From Mustelus asterias (taxonomy: Eukaryota): a stretch of DNA of 64,000 bases. The translations under genes were made by a program, and so were the position numbers. The stretch covers positions 372,001 through 436,000 of the forward strand of contig NW_027590137.1 in NCBI RefSeq assembly GCF_964213995.1, written 5' to 3'. How positions within the stretch are numbered: position 1 is the stretch's first letter; every line of letters starts with the position of its first letter. The notes beneath the pieces were generated by a model. That model searched no databases. It was given only the letters and a program-made list of their open reading frames with translations, and was not told the origin of the DNA. Shown piece by piece: positions 62,357-64,000 of this stretch.

Positions 62357-63240
62357 TTGTTACACTCAGAGTAAGTCAGTGCTTTGCTGTGTTGTCTCTG
62401 TGCTCCATCCCCACTCTGATTGTATTGGAGCCTGTGTGTGTCATTGTTACACTCAGAGTAAGTCAGTGCTTTGCTGTGTTGTCTCTGTGCTCCATCCCCA
62501 CTCTGATTGTATTGGAGCCTGTGTGTGTCATTGTTACACTCAGAGTAAGTCAGTGCTTTGCTGTGTTGTCTCTGTGCTCCATCCCCACTCTGATTGTATT
62601 GGAGCCTGTGTGTGTCATTGTTACATTCAGAGTAAGTCAGTGCTTTGCTGTGTTGTCTCTGTGCTCCATCCCCACTCTGATTGTATTGGAGCCTGTGTGT
62701 GTCATTGTTACATTCAGAGTAAGTCAGTGCTTTGCTGTGTTGTCTCTGTGCTCCATCCCCACTCTGATTGTATTGGAGCCTGTGTGTGTCATTGTTACAT
62801 TCAGAGTAAGTCAGTGCTTTGCTGTGTTGTCTCTGTGCTCCATCCCCACTCTGATTGTATTGGAGCCTGTGTGTGTCATTGTTACACTCAGAGTAAGTCA
62901 GTGCTTTGCTGTGTGGTCTCTGTGCTCCATCCCCACTCTGATTGTATTGGAGCCTGTGTGTGTCATTGTTACATTCAGAGTAAGTCAGTGCTTTGCTGTG
63001 TTGTCTCTGTGCTTCATCTCCACTCTGATTGTATTGGAGCCTGTGTGTGTCATTGTTACACTCAGAGTAAGTCAGTGCTTTGCTGTGTGGTCTCTGTGCT
63101 CCATCCCCACTCTGATTGTATTGGAGCCTGTGTGTGTCATTGTTACACTCAGAGTAAGTCAGTGCTTTGCTGTGTTGTCTCTGTGCTCCATCCCTACTCT
63201 GATTGTATTGGAGTCTGTGTGTGTCACTGTTACACTCAGA
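62357..63240. repeat. 87-bp tandem repeat, about 10 near-identical copies
   Basis: TACACTCAGAGTAAG recurs at 62361, 62448 and onward; 29-aa periodicity in three ORFs. Confidence 0.95.
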
Positions 63241-63269
63241 CTCTGTCACTGTGATTATTGGACAAGCAG

Positions 63270-63700
63270 CAAGTTACCGTCACAATGTCTGGCTGATTGA
63301 CGGCAGCGCGGACCAATGGGAAGAGGGGGCGGGGCTGGAGGACCCATCTGGAGTAGTCGGTCCTCCAACCAATAGGAGCCAAAGAGGGGCGGGGCCAGCT
63401 TTGACTCGAGCACGCGCAGTGTGAGTAATGGCGATGGAAAGCGGATGTTTTCGGCTCGGAAATCTGTTCGAGGTGATTGGCGGTACGGAGAGAGCAATGG
63501 ATCGCCCAGGTGGGTGAAAACGCTGCGTAACCATGTTGTGTAAGCCGCAAACCGCGGAAGAGTGCTTCCCGGACCCAGTTTGTACCGAGCGGGGCTGCAG
63601 CTCCTCATGTTCGTCCCGGGTTAACGTTCGCCATCTTTATTAGGGGCAATATGCAGCAATGCGCACGTGCGGCCGCCATGTTTGTCGAGGGCAATATTGT
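63270..63700 (-). promoter_or_regulatory. Diverged ZNF-type promoter module (copy D)
   Basis: Colinear with 15280-15720: CCAAT, GC boxes, TGGAGGACC-N14-GGTCCTCCA, GCCGCCATGTTTG. Confidence 0.65.
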
Positions 63701-64000
63701 CAATCAGTGGGAGGCGCTTGTTCCCCAGTGTTCAGAATGGAGACAACTTGTCCATCAAACTGCATCAACCCTCTGAGTCCCAATGTCTTATTGATGAAGC
63801 AGAGCGGTGACAGAGAAGGAAAAAGAAAGGGAAATAAAAACAGTAAATGCTGGAAAATCTCAGCAGATCTGACAGCATCTGTGGAGAGAGAATAGAACCA
63901 ACGTTTCGAGTCTGGATGACCCATAGTCAGAGCTTGTACACGTGTAAACAGAGCATGTAAACTTTGACACCTCCATGTACTCTTGTACACCTCTATCAAT

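Noticed and set aside
62304-63300. Three ~300-aa repetitive ORFs (Cys/His-rich and others)
   Set aside because: They follow automatically from an 87-bp (3n) repeat; no gene structure supports them.

Overview
Vertebrate genomic DNA, most likely a cartilaginous fish (shark). That assignment is inferred from the repeat content: CR1, Rex1/Babar and L2 LINEs, tRNA-derived SINEs and Penelope-like remnants. The window is a cluster of about 10 tandem C2H2 zinc-finger genes and pseudogenes on both strands, with no KRAB or SCAN domain visible. They are separated by dense, often nested retroelements and by several copies of a shared CpG-island promoter module. The most unexpected content is a roughly 2.7 kb island of antigen-receptor DNA inside the cluster. 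It holds one intact T-cell-receptor alpha/delta-type V segment (promoter, leader exon, 85-nt intron, V exon, 23-RSS; 41801-42440). About 2.5 kb upstream lies a second 23-RSS carrying only the last ~10 nt of another V segment, cut exactly where a ZNF segmental duplication ends. Other notable items are a tRNA-Val pseudogene joined to the 5' end of a Tx1-clade LINE, palindromic Penelope-like insertions with minimal hammerhead-ribozyme motifs, and recent ZNF duplications whose finger arrays differ by whole-finger blocks. There is also a conserved inverted-repeat promoter motif, a CRE minisatellite and an 87-bp tandem repeat. Repeat boundaries were read by eye and are approximate, and family assignments come from motif recognition, not database searches.
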